Assembly (NCBI GenBank): GCA_963705295.1
Contig: OY970065.1
Span: 1,536,001 to 1,600,000 of the forward strand
DNA from: Parachlamydiales bacterium
GTDB lineage: Bacteria; Chlamydiota; Chlamydiia; Chlamydiales; Rhabdochlamydiaceae
Direction of reading: 5' to 3'
DNA: 64,000 nucleotides
The notes beneath the pieces were generated by a model. It ran no database searches. It was given only the letters and a program-made list of their open reading frames with translations, and was not told the origin of the DNA. Each line of letters begins with the position of its first letter. The stretch's first letter is position 1. This document shows, piece after piece, positions 37,349 through 47,138 of the stretch. The translations under genes and the position numbers were made by a program.

Positions 37349-38431
37349 CCCTTTTTGAAGGCTCTCCTCAGGGGAGAGGTTCGACGTAAAATGGGTGAAC
37401 CCTTCTTCGGAGAGCATTTGAGCCATTGTTTCAGGAGGGGTCGCACGCCTCGACGGGGCAGCCACCAGATAGAGATGGGTTGCTCTGCTGGCCAGTAAGT
37501 TTAAACATGTTTTGACGTCTTTGTCGAAAGACATCCCAAAAACAACCGAGAATTTCTTCCCAGGAAAATGATAATCGAAAGCCTCTAAAAGCTTGATAAT
37601 CCCCGCGGGATTGTGAGCGACGTCCAAAATTGCCCTTCCGATCTGCTGGAATCGGCAAGGGGGTCTCCATTTCAAAGCAGCTTCGATCATCTCGTCTTTC
37701 AGCGGATAAACCGACTTTAAAAGAACGAGAGCCCGGTGAGCGATGGAGCTATTTTCCAGATCATAAAATCCAGGGGAAGAGGGAGCTTTGTAGAGCGGAC
37801 TTTCACACTGCAAAGCTTTTTCTCTGATGGGAGTGAAGTCTGCGTGAGATCCAATGACGACAGGAACTCGAGGCTTGATAATCCCCGCTTTTTGAAAGGC
37901 GATCGCATCCAAAGTGTTTCCCAGCATATCTTCATGGTCTCTGGCAACAGAAGTAATCACCGAAAGAATACTATTAACAATATTGGTCGAGTCAAAAAGA
38001 CCGCCTATCCCCACTTCTACGACAGCAACATCAATTTTCTGCTCACAAAAATAGTCGAAAGCCAGCAGTGTGACGAAGTCAAAAAAACAAAACTCTTTCC
38101 CCTTATCGAAGAGATCCAAAAGTCCCGTTCTTGCTCGTTCTTCGGAGATGGGGACTCCGCTGACGACAATTCTTTCACAAAAAGAGAAGAGGTGGGGTGA
38201 AGTAAAAAGACCGACTTTGAGACCTGCAAACTCTAAAGCTTTGGCAATTTTTAAACAGACAGAACCTTTTCCATTGGTTCCCGCCACATGAATGGAGGGA
38301 AAGGCTAAATGCGGTGATCCTAAAGACGCGGCAACCTTTTCTATCGGATCTAGAGTTGTGCACCCTCCGATCGCTCGCTTAGAAAATAAATATTTCAATG
38401 TCTCTTGATAATTCATGCCCTGATAATTCAT
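37220..38431 (-). CDS. folC: Dihydrofolate/folylpolyglutamate synthase
   Basis: HVAGTNGKGSV, FTSPHL..ERI, EVGIGG..DSTN, LDVAHNP, CGSFY. Confidence 0.96.
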   Translation of the reverse strand: MNYQGMNYQETLKYLFSKRAIGGCTTLDPIEKVAASLGSPHLAFPSIHVAGTNGKGSVCLKIAKALEFAGLKVGLFTSPHLFSFCERIVVSGVPISEERARTGLLDLFDKGKEFCFFDFVTLLAFDYFCEQKIDVAVVEVGIGGLFDSTNIVNSILSVITSVARDHEDMLGNTLDAIAFQKAGIIKPRVPVVIGSHADFTPIREKALQCESPLYKAPSSPGFYDLENSSIAHRALVLLKSVYPLKDEMIEAALKWRPPCRFQQIGRAILDVAHNPAGIIKLLEAFDYHFPGKKFSVVFGMSFDKDVKTCLNLLASRATHLYLVAAPSRRATPPETMAQMLSEEGFTHFTSNLSPEESLQKGLDSEEILLICGSFYIMQQAYREAARIEVGHDQLSLMRSQPCP

Positions 38432-39249
38432 GCAAGGGGTTTTTCAAAAATCTGATAAAAAGTCGCCTCATCGACCCCACTGCACCCGAGCCGTGTTTCG
38501 GGTTTAACACTACCGTGAAAATCGGATCCTCCACTGATCAACCAAACCCGCTCTTTGGCCACTTCTATCCAAGATTTTCTTACCATGTTTCCATAATAAC
38601 ATTCGATCCCATCGAAAGGCAATTGCAATAACTTCTCGACAGGAAAGTCACTATCTAAAAGTTGTGGATGAGCTATAAAAGCTTTCCCTTCCGCCGCATG
38701 AATGACATCGATCGCTTCTTCGGCTTTAAAAGGTTCACCATGGGCATGACAAGGGACATAACATTTTTTTCCTTCACCTAAATATTGTTGAAATGCATCG
38801 CGGATGTTTTTTACGACCCCTTTTTCCACAAGAATGAGGGCAATGTGCGGCCGGCCAATCGTCGCCCCTGTCGCACGGGCAAGTAGTTCTTCATAGGTGA
38901 TCTGAATCCCCTCTTCAGCAAGCTTATCCAAAATAGCCCTATTCCGGTTTTCTCTCCTCGTTTGATGCCGCTGGCATAGATGCTCGATCTCAACCGAATC
39001 AATTAAAAAATCGTAACCGAGAAGATGGAGGCTTTTTCCTTCAAATTCGCAAGAAAATTCAATGCCCGAACCGAGATGGATACCCGTATCCAAAGCCATC
39101 CGTATGGCCGCCGGATAAGCATCGATCGTATCGTGATCCGTAATCGAAAGTCCTTGCAGATCAATCGTCTTCGCCTGAAGAATCAATTCTTGGGGCGATG
39201 ACGTCCCATCCGAACAATCACTATGGCAATGCAAATCAGCCCAAATCAT
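38428..39249 (-). CDS. PHP domain phosphoesterase (TrpH/YciV-like)
   Basis: DLHCHSDCSDG, ITDHDT, GRPHIA, IAHP, GGSDFHG. Confidence 0.94.
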   Translation of the reverse strand: MIWADLHCHSDCSDGTSSPQELILQAKTIDLQGLSITDHDTIDAYPAAIRMALDTGIHLGSGIEFSCEFEGKSLHLLGYDFLIDSVEIEHLCQRHQTRRENRNRAILDKLAEEGIQITYEELLARATGATIGRPHIALILVEKGVVKNIRDAFQQYLGEGKKCYVPCHAHGEPFKAEEAIDVIHAAEGKAFIAHPQLLDSDFPVEKLLQLPFDGIECYYGNMVRKSWIEVAKERVWLISGGSDFHGSVKPETRLGCSGVDEATFYQIFEKPLA

Positions 39250-39300
39250 AAATGAAAGAATATCATAAAACTCTCTGAAATGGTATAATTTTGGTCTTTT

Positions 39301-40623
39301 ATGCCACTTGCACCTTCACAAATTTTAAACCATTTACCCCTGACCAAGGTTACTGTGACAAACCTTTATGGTCCTTCTCTGAGAGATGAAGTTTTGAATT
39401 CTTTCGTTTATTGCGGGAAACAATTATTTCCCTTCGCCGGAGCTTTAACTCCGAGGTTCGGCATTTCGCTCCGCATGGTTACCGATCTCACCGAACTTTT
39501 TCAGTGTAAAAGACTGGGGAAAAAGGTTCCACCGGCTCTCATCAATACGACTCTTTCTGCCATCTCTGTCTATTCCGTTTTTTTTGCCCCTGTTTATTTT
39601 CAACACCTTGAACTTCTCCGATCAACACTCACGCATCTGATGTATCTTATACAGGGAAATAGAGAAGATCTTCTTCACCTCAGTATCGATCTTGTTAACT
39701 TATCGATTTCTTTTTCTAACTCTTATGAATTGAAGATCTTTTCCCATGCGATCCAAATCATTGCAAGTATCACCGACTTTTTCGATCAGTGGAATAAGGA
39801 ATATGGGTTGGGAGCTGGAATGCAAACGTGTCTTCTATGTCTGCGAGTCCATAGTCTTTATAAAGAAATCTATCCAATGCAGCCGACTGCTGCCCGACAA
39901 CCCAGTCCCATAAAGCGCATCCAAGAAGAGAAAAAAGCCAAAGCCCTTCTACGACTTCAGAGGGAAGGAAGTGGATCGGATGAACTCAAAAAACTCACCG
40001 TTTTGGAATATAGGGGTCTCGGAAAACAGGGAGAGCTGTTTAAAGTCCAAGATGAACAGGGGAACATCGCCGTTCTAAAACGGTTTTTCAAACCCCACGC
40101 ATCCAAAGCCGAAAAGCATTTGGAATTTTCTCAAACCGTAAACAATCCTCATATTCTTCGTGTACTCGGCCTCATTCGTAACTGTTACGAAAAGGGAACA
40201 AAAGAAGTTCAAGATACATACCTTTTAATGGAGCATTTTGAAGGAAGCTCATTAACCGTTGAGAAGTCGCTCACCTATAAAGCGGTAGCTAAAATCGTAG
40301 AGATCTTCCGTCAGATGGCTTCCTTAGATTATTTTTACACCGGCAATCTCCATGATATCAAAATTGATAAGAGTGGAGAAAATATTAGGTTCGCTCGATT
40401 GGAGTCTTTTGAAAAGGCCACAACACCCGAGCTCTGCCAGATAATTTATACAAAAATGCACGACATATTTCGTATTCTCGCCCTTCTCTCCCCTTTCAGC
40501 GAGGGTGAGAAAAATCTCATCTATTCATGGATAGATAAGATTTTCACTCACACGACTTCTTCTCCTGACCTCTTGAAAAAAGTGGTGCAGAAGTCGTGTG
40601 ATTTACTTATGAAATTATCTTAA
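39301..40623 (+). CDS. Protein with hydrophobic N-domain and degenerate Ser/Thr kinase-like C-domain
   Basis: GLGKQGELFKV, AVLKRF, PHILRVLG, YLLMEHFEG; HRD/DFG not recognisable. Confidence 0.7.
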   Translation: MPLAPSQILNHLPLTKVTVTNLYGPSLRDEVLNSFVYCGKQLFPFAGALTPRFGISLRMVTDLTELFQCKRLGKKVPPALINTTLSAISVYSVFFAPVYFQHLELLRSTLTHLMYLIQGNREDLLHLSIDLVNLSISFSNSYELKIFSHAIQIIASITDFFDQWNKEYGLGAGMQTCLLCLRVHSLYKEIYPMQPTAARQPSPIKRIQEEKKAKALLRLQREGSGSDELKKLTVLEYRGLGKQGELFKVQDEQGNIAVLKRFFKPHASKAEKHLEFSQTVNNPHILRVLGLIRNCYEKGTKEVQDTYLLMEHFEGSSLTVEKSLTYKAVAKIVEIFRQMASLDYFYTGNLHDIKIDKSGENIRFARLESFEKATTPELCQIIYTKMHDIFRILALLSPFSEGEKNLIYSWIDKIFTHTTSSPDLLKKVVQKSCDLLMKLS

Positions 40624-41443
40624 TTTCCATTTCGAGAGCGTGGCCGGTTTTTTCGAAGACGGTTTTTTTTACATGCGCGGCGAGCTGAAGGACATCTTGG
40701 GTTGTTGCATCGCACCGGTTCACGATAAAGTTCGCATGGACAGTGGAGACTTGTGCGCCCCCGATGGAGAAACCTTTTAAGCCGCACTGTTCGATGAGGG
40801 CTCCTGCAGGATGGCCAGCAGTGTTACGAAAGACACATCCTGCAGATAGATCGCCATAGGGTTGGGTCTTGGTTCTGTAGTCGATGATTTTGAGTTGCCG
40901 CTGACGAGCCTCGGTTGAGGTCAAGAGATGAAACCGAGCTGCAGCAATCGCTCCTGGCATCGTTTGGAAGGAAGAGAACCGGTAATCGAATTTTAATTGC
41001 TCTTTTGAAAGTTCTTGAACCTCGCCTTGCTGATCGACATAGGTCACGTGGGTCAAAGTTTGGAATGTCTCTCCCCCATTGGCCCCCGCGTTCATATAGA
41101 CGGCTCCGCCGACAGAACCGGGAATGCCTGAGGCAAATTCAAGGCCGGCAAATCCTTTACGAGCTGTTTGTGTTCCGAGCAGCGAGAAACTATAGCCCGC
41201 TCCGACACGGAATTCAGAGCCGTTTTGCTCGCAAAAGTGAATCTTGTTCAAGATGACAAGCCCGTCGAATCCCCTGTCATCGAAAAGGACGTTCGATCCT
41301 TTTCCAAGGACGATAGAGCGGCCACTATATTGGATGGCTTCTTGGAGCTCAGGAATGGTGTGGACTTCGATAAAATATTTTGCAGGTCCGCCGATACCAA
41401 AGGTCGTAAAATCTTTTAAAAGACGACCTTCTTCAAAACGCAT
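40607..41443 (-). CDS. murB: UDP-N-acetylenolpyruvoylglucosamine reductase
   Basis: TTFGIGGPA, GKGSNVL, GIPGSVGGAVYMNAGA, SAGCVFRN, HANFIVN. Confidence 0.98.
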   Translation of the reverse strand: MRFEEGRLLKDFTTFGIGGPAKYFIEVHTIPELQEAIQYSGRSIVLGKGSNVLFDDRGFDGLVILNKIHFCEQNGSEFRVGAGYSFSLLGTQTARKGFAGLEFASGIPGSVGGAVYMNAGANGGETFQTLTHVTYVDQQGEVQELSKEQLKFDYRFSSFQTMPGAIAAARFHLLTSTEARQRQLKIIDYRTKTQPYGDLSAGCVFRNTAGHPAGALIEQCGLKGFSIGGAQVSTVHANFIVNRCDATTQDVLQLAAHVKKTVFEKTGHALEMEIKIIS

Positions 41444-41846
41444 GCTCTTTCTTTTTGTACAAAGCGTCTAAAACAGCATTAACGAAGGTTGCCCCTTCAG
41501 CCGTTGCAAATTTTCGTGCAAGCCGGATCGCCTCGCTGAGAGCAACTTTGGGAGGAACGGTTTTAGAAAAATAGATTTCATACAGAGCCAGTCTCAATAA
41601 ATTTCTCTCTACCCTGGGAATCCTCTCGAATTCATAATCTGTCGCTGTTTCCGAGATCCATTGATCGAGGATGTACATTTTGTCTCGTATTTGTTGAGCG
41701 AGCTCATCTGCCGCGTGCAGTGTTTTTTTGGTCACCTTATGATGCTCCATGAGAAAAGGAAAAATTTCACTCTGCTCGCTTTCTGAGAAATCAGAGCTAT
41801 ACAACAGGTGGAAGACGATTTCTCGGAGTTTGTGCGGCGTCAGCAT
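41433..41846 (-). CDS. nusB: Transcription antitermination factor NusB
   Basis: ERNLLRLALYE, SEAIRLARKF, FVNAVLD. Confidence 0.96.
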   Translation of the reverse strand: MLTPHKLREIVFHLLYSSDFSESEQSEIFPFLMEHHKVTKKTLHAADELAQQIRDKMYILDQWISETATDYEFERIPRVERNLLRLALYEIYFSKTVPPKVALSEAIRLARKFATAEGATFVNAVLDALYKKKEHAF

Positions 41847-41987
41847 CCCGCCAGTATATCAAAAAGTCGATGGTGAATTCAATAATTCTTAAGTCCCTTA
41901 TTCTAAAAGACTTCGGTGCATCCATGCAATTTTTTTTTGCCATGGAAAAATTTCCTTTGTTTCAGTAAGATTTTCCCGGAGGTATTT

Positions 41988-42350
41988 ATGTCAATGATTG
42001 TAGAGTCAGCTGCTCAAGGAATAGTCTTTGGAGGTGCTGCATTTCTGTATGGTAAATTTGCTTTAGGTTCATCTAGATCGCTAGAATTGGCAGCTCTTGT
42101 TACAGGCGCAGTTGCCCTAAGTGAGTTTGCTCGTCGATTATCTCAAAAGGAAATTTCAAATTTAAGATTGCGCCAAGTTGTTTACCACTTATTACCCATT
42201 GGAGCCACTTTTTTAACGCTTAGGATTGGAAAGTATTTCCAATTAAGAAACCCCGATCTCCACTCATTTTTTGGGATTGTATGTATCTTGGATGCACTTG
42301 CAGGGGCATTTGTTGCATCGAGTGGTGACAGACCTCGTCGCGTTTTCTAA
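41988..42350 (+). CDS. Small hypothetical membrane protein
   Basis: GGAGGT SD; hydrophobic segments; TAATG coupling to yhhQ. Confidence 0.7.
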   Translation: MSMIVESAAQGIVFGGAAFLYGKFALGSSRSLELAALVTGAVALSEFARRLSQKEISNLRLRQVVYHLLPIGATFLTLRIGKYFQLRNPDLHSFFGIVCILDALAGAFVASSGDRPRRVF

Positions 42351-42985
42351 TGAATGAAGCTGTTTTTCTGCTACAGATTTTGGTGATTCTGGGCTCCCTT
42401 TGGGGAGCCTGGAAAATCGGTAAAGAAGCACTTATTGCGCTGTCTGTTCTATTGGCGATTTTGGCCAATTTTTTTGTTTTGAAACAGGTGGAGCTTTTTG
42501 GATGGAATGTCACCTGCAGTGATCCGTTTGCCATTGGGAGTATTTTTGGATTGAATCTCATCCAGAAAGGATTCGGTCGAGAAGCGGCCAAAAAAACCAT
42601 CTGGATTTCGCTTTGGGGAATGGTGTTTTTTGTCATCGTTTCTCAAATCCATCTCCAATATGAGCCGAGTCGTTTTGATTCGAGTCAAGGCCATTTTATG
42701 GCCCTCCTCGCTCCTGCACCGCGGCTGCTTTTCGCTTCGATGATCACTTTTTTTATTGTTCAGCAGCTCGATGTGAGAATTTATGGATTTTTAAAACGGA
42801 ACACCCCTTCATTGTTCCTTTCGCAAGCCATCGATACGGTTCTTTTTAGTTTTCTTGGACTCTATGGGATTGTGCAAGAGATCGGTTCCATCATCATGAT
42901 GAGTTACTGTGTGAAATGTGCCGTCATTTTGATCACAACGGCTTCAGCCCGTTTTTTCCAAAAGCCTCTGTCAAATGAAATTTGA
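42350..42985 (+). CDS. yhhQ: Queuosine precursor/queuine transporter (YhhQ/Vut_1)
   Basis: ANFFVLKQ, PRLLFAS, QQLDV, SQAIDTVLFSFLGLYG; adjacent to tgt. Confidence 0.9.
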   Translation: MNEAVFLLQILVILGSLWGAWKIGKEALIALSVLLAILANFFVLKQVELFGWNVTCSDPFAIGSIFGLNLIQKGFGREAAKKTIWISLWGMVFFVIVSQIHLQYEPSRFDSSQGHFMALLAPAPRLLFASMITFFIVQQLDVRIYGFLKRNTPSLFLSQAIDTVLFSFLGLYGIVQEIGSIIMMSYCVKCAVILITTASARFFQKPLSNEI

Positions 42986-44096
42986 AATTCTCCATACCTC
43001 GTCGAAATCGAGGGCTCGCTTAGGAAGGATCCATACGCCGCATGGAATCATTGAAACGCCGAGTTTCGTTGCTGTCGGCACCCATGGATCGATCAAAGGG
43101 CTCGACAATAAACTTGTTCAGGAGATTGGCCTGCAGCTGATGTTTTGCAATACGTATCATCTCCTCTTGCAACCGGGGACAGAGGTGATAAAAAATGCCG
43201 GTGGAATTCACAAGTTTATCAACAGGGATTTGCCGATCATCACCGACTCGGGTGGATTTCAGGTCTTTAGTCTCGCTTATGGGGGTGTCGCGAATGAACT
43301 CAAAAGCAAAGGAACCAAAAAGACCGATGGCACTGTTTTAAAAATCACCGAAGAAGGGGTTTTATTCCGGTCGTACCGCGACGGCGCCAAAATCATGCTC
43401 ACCCCTGAAATCTCGATCGAGGCGCAGAAAAATTTAGGTGCCGATATCATCATCCCCTTTGATGAACTCCCACCCTATCACATGGACCCGTATGCCCTTC
43501 TCGCCTCGTTAGAGCGGACCCACCGGTGGGAAGAGAGATCGCTCTCAGCCCACCTGAAAAACCCTCAAAATCAAGCGATGTACGGTGTCATCCATGGAGG
43601 AATCGATCCGAGGCTGCGTCAAAAAAGCTGCGAGGTTTTAACGGCTCTTCCCTTCGATGGATTTGCCATTGGAGGAAGTCTTGGGAAAAATAAAGATGAG
43701 ATGATTGGCATGTTGACGGGCATGATGCCGCTCCTACCGGTTGAAAAACCGAACCATTTGCTGGGAATAGGAGATCTCGAATCGATCGGAGCGTGCATCC
43801 CCTTAGGGATCGATACGTTTGACAGCTCGTACCCAACGCGTGCGGCACGGCATGGGATGGCGCTGACGGCGTCGGGGCCTCTTAATCTCACTCAAGGGAA
43901 ACAAGCTAGCCGTTTTGAGCCGATTGAGGCAGGTTGTGGTTGTTCGACATGCCAACATTTTACCGTGGCCTATTTAAACCACCTCTTTAAAGCCCGAGAA
44001 ATCACAGCCCTCACATTGACAACCGTTCACAATCTCCATTTCATGGTGAGACTCATGGAGTCTTACCGAGCAGCGATCGCCGTCGACCTGCTATAG
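42975..44096 (+). CDS. tgt: tRNA-guanine transglycosylase
   Basis: CNTYHL, TDSGGFQVFSL, GIDTFDSSYPTR, CGCSTC...HN zinc site. Confidence 0.97.
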   Translation: MKFEILHTSSKSRARLGRIHTPHGIIETPSFVAVGTHGSIKGLDNKLVQEIGLQLMFCNTYHLLLQPGTEVIKNAGGIHKFINRDLPIITDSGGFQVFSLAYGGVANELKSKGTKKTDGTVLKITEEGVLFRSYRDGAKIMLTPEISIEAQKNLGADIIIPFDELPPYHMDPYALLASLERTHRWEERSLSAHLKNPQNQAMYGVIHGGIDPRLRQKSCEVLTALPFDGFAIGGSLGKNKDEMIGMLTGMMPLLPVEKPNHLLGIGDLESIGACIPLGIDTFDSSYPTRAARHGMALTASGPLNLTQGKQASRFEPIEAGCGCSTCQHFTVAYLNHLFKAREITALTLTTVHNLHFMVRLMESYRAAIAVDLL

Positions 44097-44665
44097 CCCG
44101 CTTCTTCCAATTGTTGCCGGTAGCACCGATAACAGACGGGGAGATACCTCTCCTCACCACCAAGTTGCACCGTCGGCCCTTCTAAAACCGCCTTCCCGTC
44201 GACATGGCGGAGATTGATGATCGATTTCCGATTGCAGAAATAACAGGTCGCTTTCACTTCTTCGATCGAATCGGAAAGTTCCATCAGCCTCATCGATCCA
44301 GGAAAGAGTTTTGCCCGGAAATCGGTTCGAAGGCCATAACAAATCACCGGAATATCTTTGTCGAGAGAAATATCGCGCAGTTGTTCGATGTGCTCCATGG
44401 AAAGAAAGTGGGCTTCATCGACTAAAAGACAGTTGACTCCTTCAAAGTTGATCTGCATCAAATCAGAGGTTGGAGAAATCAGCACATCGGCCTCCATCTG
44501 AAGACCCGCTCTCGATTTGATGAATTCTTTTCCATAACGGATATCCAAATCGGGTTTTAGAAGAAGAACCTGTTTTCCTTGTTGTCTGTAGTTGTGTGCA
44601 ACTGCCAGCAAATTTAAGGTTTTTGCGCTACCCATCGTACCGTGACGAAAATAAAGCTTGGCCAT
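44063..44665 (-). CDS. tdk: Thymidine kinase
   Basis: GTMGSAKT, LVDEAHF, YGLRTDF, CYFC...CYRC. Confidence 0.95.
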   Translation of the reverse strand: MAKLYFRHGTMGSAKTLNLLAVAHNYRQQGKQVLLLKPDLDIRYGKEFIKSRAGLQMEADVLISPTSDLMQINFEGVNCLLVDEAHFLSMEHIEQLRDISLDKDIPVICYGLRTDFRAKLFPGSMRLMELSDSIEEVKATCYFCNRKSIINLRHVDGKAVLEGPTVQLGGEERYLPVCYRCYRQQLEEAGYSRSTAIAAR

Positions 44666-44696
44666 TTTTAGACTCCCGGTTAAGGTTATTACTATA

Positions 44697-45296
44697 ATGC
44701 CATCGTCAGATATTAAAGTCAGAACTTTAATGGGAGCGGGGATTAGAACCTATATCCCGAGTATTGTTAAAATCAGAAGCGAAGTTCTGTGCGAAATGCC
44801 GTATGTCTGTCAAAGTACCGTTCCTTCCGATGTCCACTTTGTGAAAAAATGTAGCCAAATCAAAGATGCCATCGCCGTCCTCATTTTTGACGGCCCAAAA
44901 ATCATCGGCGCCACGCTCGGAATGCCCCTCGAGGAATTACCGACCTATTACCACCACCCGTTCCTCGAAAAAGAAGACACCATCGGCGATTACTATTATT
45001 TCGACTTTTGCGCCCTTCTCAAACCTTATCGGAGCCGCGGACTGGCTCACCATTTCTTCGATATCCGTGAAGACCATGTCAAACATCTCAAAAGATACAA
45101 GAAAATCTGCCTCTCTGAAATTGTTCAGACCAACCATCTCAAGCGGTATCCCAACGATCCCGTTGCCCTCGATCTCTTCTGGAAAAGACGTGGGTTCATC
45201 GAACACCGCGATCTCATCTCCGAAGTGCCCCTCTTCGGCACCGAAGCCAAAAATCACATCCCCCGCTCCATGATCTTCTGGGTCAAAGACATTTAG
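44697..45296 (+). CDS. GNAT family acetyltransferase
   Basis: IIGATLGMPL, LLKPYRSRGLAHHFFDIRE, FWKRRGF, MIFWVK. Confidence 0.85.
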   Translation: MPSSDIKVRTLMGAGIRTYIPSIVKIRSEVLCEMPYVCQSTVPSDVHFVKKCSQIKDAIAVLIFDGPKIIGATLGMPLEELPTYYHHPFLEKEDTIGDYYYFDFCALLKPYRSRGLAHHFFDIREDHVKHLKRYKKICLSEIVQTNHLKRYPNDPVALDLFWKRRGFIEHRDLISEVPLFGTEAKNHIPRSMIFWVKDI

Positions 45297-45304
45297 GAAT
45301 TTTT

Positions 45305-47053
45305 ATGAGAGTTTCCTTTTCGAGACAAGGCTTTGTTTATGGAGCTGCTTGGAGTGCAACAACGGTTGTGCTGACCATTTTTAGTCACCGGAGATTCGGA
45401 TTGTTTGTGGTCGGCAGTGTAGCGCTGGGGCTGGCTCATGTTGTTGATTTTAACAGGGCGGTGAGAGAGTGGGATCCATCCAAACACCAGGAGATTCGCG
45501 AGTGGATGATCGTGGCCTGTTTTGTCACCAGCTCCGTTTTCGCTGCAGGACTCTTGCACGGTTTGTCGTACATTCCAAAAATGAGTCATTGGCCCTTTAC
45601 TCCGCTTGAGATTGGTTTAGCTCAATTCACGATTTTCTTTGGATTTTTGGGTTATGGTATTCCTGGTGTGAAAATGATCTATTTGAAAGGTCTTGAACTG
45701 TATAAAGCAGACGTGTGGAAAGAGATGCGTGCTTATATGGAGCAAGATGGAGGATCTAAAAGACTCATTCATTCGTTCCCTCAAAAATGCCAATTTCTTC
45801 TCGCTATTACAGCTCCTGAAAAATTTGAAAATCTTCTATCTTTTCCCGTTAAGATCAGTACAAGAATGTTTTTCTCAACCGATCACCTGGTAAAGTATTT
45901 GAAAGATCTTCTCGATAGTCCACGCTCTGCAACCCTTCTTGACCTCTCTCTCCATTTTCTTAAAGAGCTCCCTTCCCATCTACAATGGGAGTTGATTCCC
46001 CGTTATTTAGAAATCGGGAGAACTGTGAATATCGAACGGCGTCTCCCCATGCAGGGTGAAATTGCTGGTAAACGGCAGCTCCTCTCAGAAAATCAAAATA
46101 GACTTCTACGAAAATGCCAGCTCTCTCTCTTTGAAAGTTGGAACCAAAGACTCGATGAGCAAAAAGTTCAAGAAGTGTCAGGGGAAATCCACGAGTTAAG
46201 GAATGAGATTTCCCTTCATTGCAAAGAAACCGAGATCTTTTTGCCTCGACTGATCCTAACCGAACTCCGGCAATTTCAAAAACGGCTTCTCACAGGATTT
46301 GTAGCCTACAAACTCCAAAGGCTCAATTCTCAAACTTTAAGCCGGCAAAAAATCGACCGAATGGGCCCAACGAGCGATTTCATCATCGTTCAGTTTTCGC
46401 AAGATAAAAAATATCAACATTTCCTCGATCTTTTCAATGTTGCCGACCCCAACACATTCGACCAAGCTTTGGACAAACTGGGCATCGGAACGTTGGGTGA
46501 TTTCATCGGAAAGGTTTTAAATAACGATGAAAGCCTCCTCTATAAGGAAGCAGCCGTGCTCCGCCTTTTGAAAGAGTTTCTAAGCAGTCGAACGAGAAAT
46601 CGATTATATACCCTTTTGACTGGAACAACCACGCACCCGGTTTCCAAAGTCGCTCCCCTTGTCGATCGAGCCACTTACATCACCATCATGATCATTTCAA
46701 CGGCTGCTCCCCTCCAAAAATACCCTTATCAGACAGCTGTTGGCACCATCGGGGGTTTTGTCTACTATTCTAGACCGGCAATCCAAAGACGATTTTCGGC
46801 GGCAGCCCCGTACATAAGATCGTATCAAAGTTATCTCGATATTGCGATGAGAAGGCCTTTTTTACGCCTCTTTTTTGGAAGATCTTTTGAAGTATCTTCG
46901 TATCAAAATGCCGATACTTGGGGGAAAATGCGCATCCTGGCCCTGGAATGCTTCCATGCCTTCCTCATTTCCAATCTCGATGTTCGTGGGATCCCTATTG
47001 GTGGGCTGATCCAAGGCGCTGCCCTCGGTAGAGAAATTTATCAGCTTGTTTGA
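45305..47053 (+). CDS. Hypothetical membrane protein
   Basis: 582-aa ORF with N- and C-terminal TM segments and helical core. Confidence 0.78.
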   Translation: MRVSFSRQGFVYGAAWSATTVVLTIFSHRRFGLFVVGSVALGLAHVVDFNRAVREWDPSKHQEIREWMIVACFVTSSVFAAGLLHGLSYIPKMSHWPFTPLEIGLAQFTIFFGFLGYGIPGVKMIYLKGLELYKADVWKEMRAYMEQDGGSKRLIHSFPQKCQFLLAITAPEKFENLLSFPVKISTRMFFSTDHLVKYLKDLLDSPRSATLLDLSLHFLKELPSHLQWELIPRYLEIGRTVNIERRLPMQGEIAGKRQLLSENQNRLLRKCQLSLFESWNQRLDEQKVQEVSGEIHELRNEISLHCKETEIFLPRLILTELRQFQKRLLTGFVAYKLQRLNSQTLSRQKIDRMGPTSDFIIVQFSQDKKYQHFLDLFNVADPNTFDQALDKLGIGTLGDFIGKVLNNDESLLYKEAAVLRLLKEFLSSRTRNRLYTLLTGTTTHPVSKVAPLVDRATYITIMIISTAAPLQKYPYQTAVGTIGGFVYYSRPAIQRRFSAAAPYIRSYQSYLDIAMRRPFLRLFFGRSFEVSSYQNADTWGKMRILALECFHAFLISNLDVRGIPIGGLIQGAALGREIYQLV

Positions 47054-47138
47054 ACTCTAACACTCTCATTCTTAGAAACTTGGGATTTAATCTTTAATCT
47101 GTATTAATATTAAAGTTTTTATTATAATAGTTATAATT

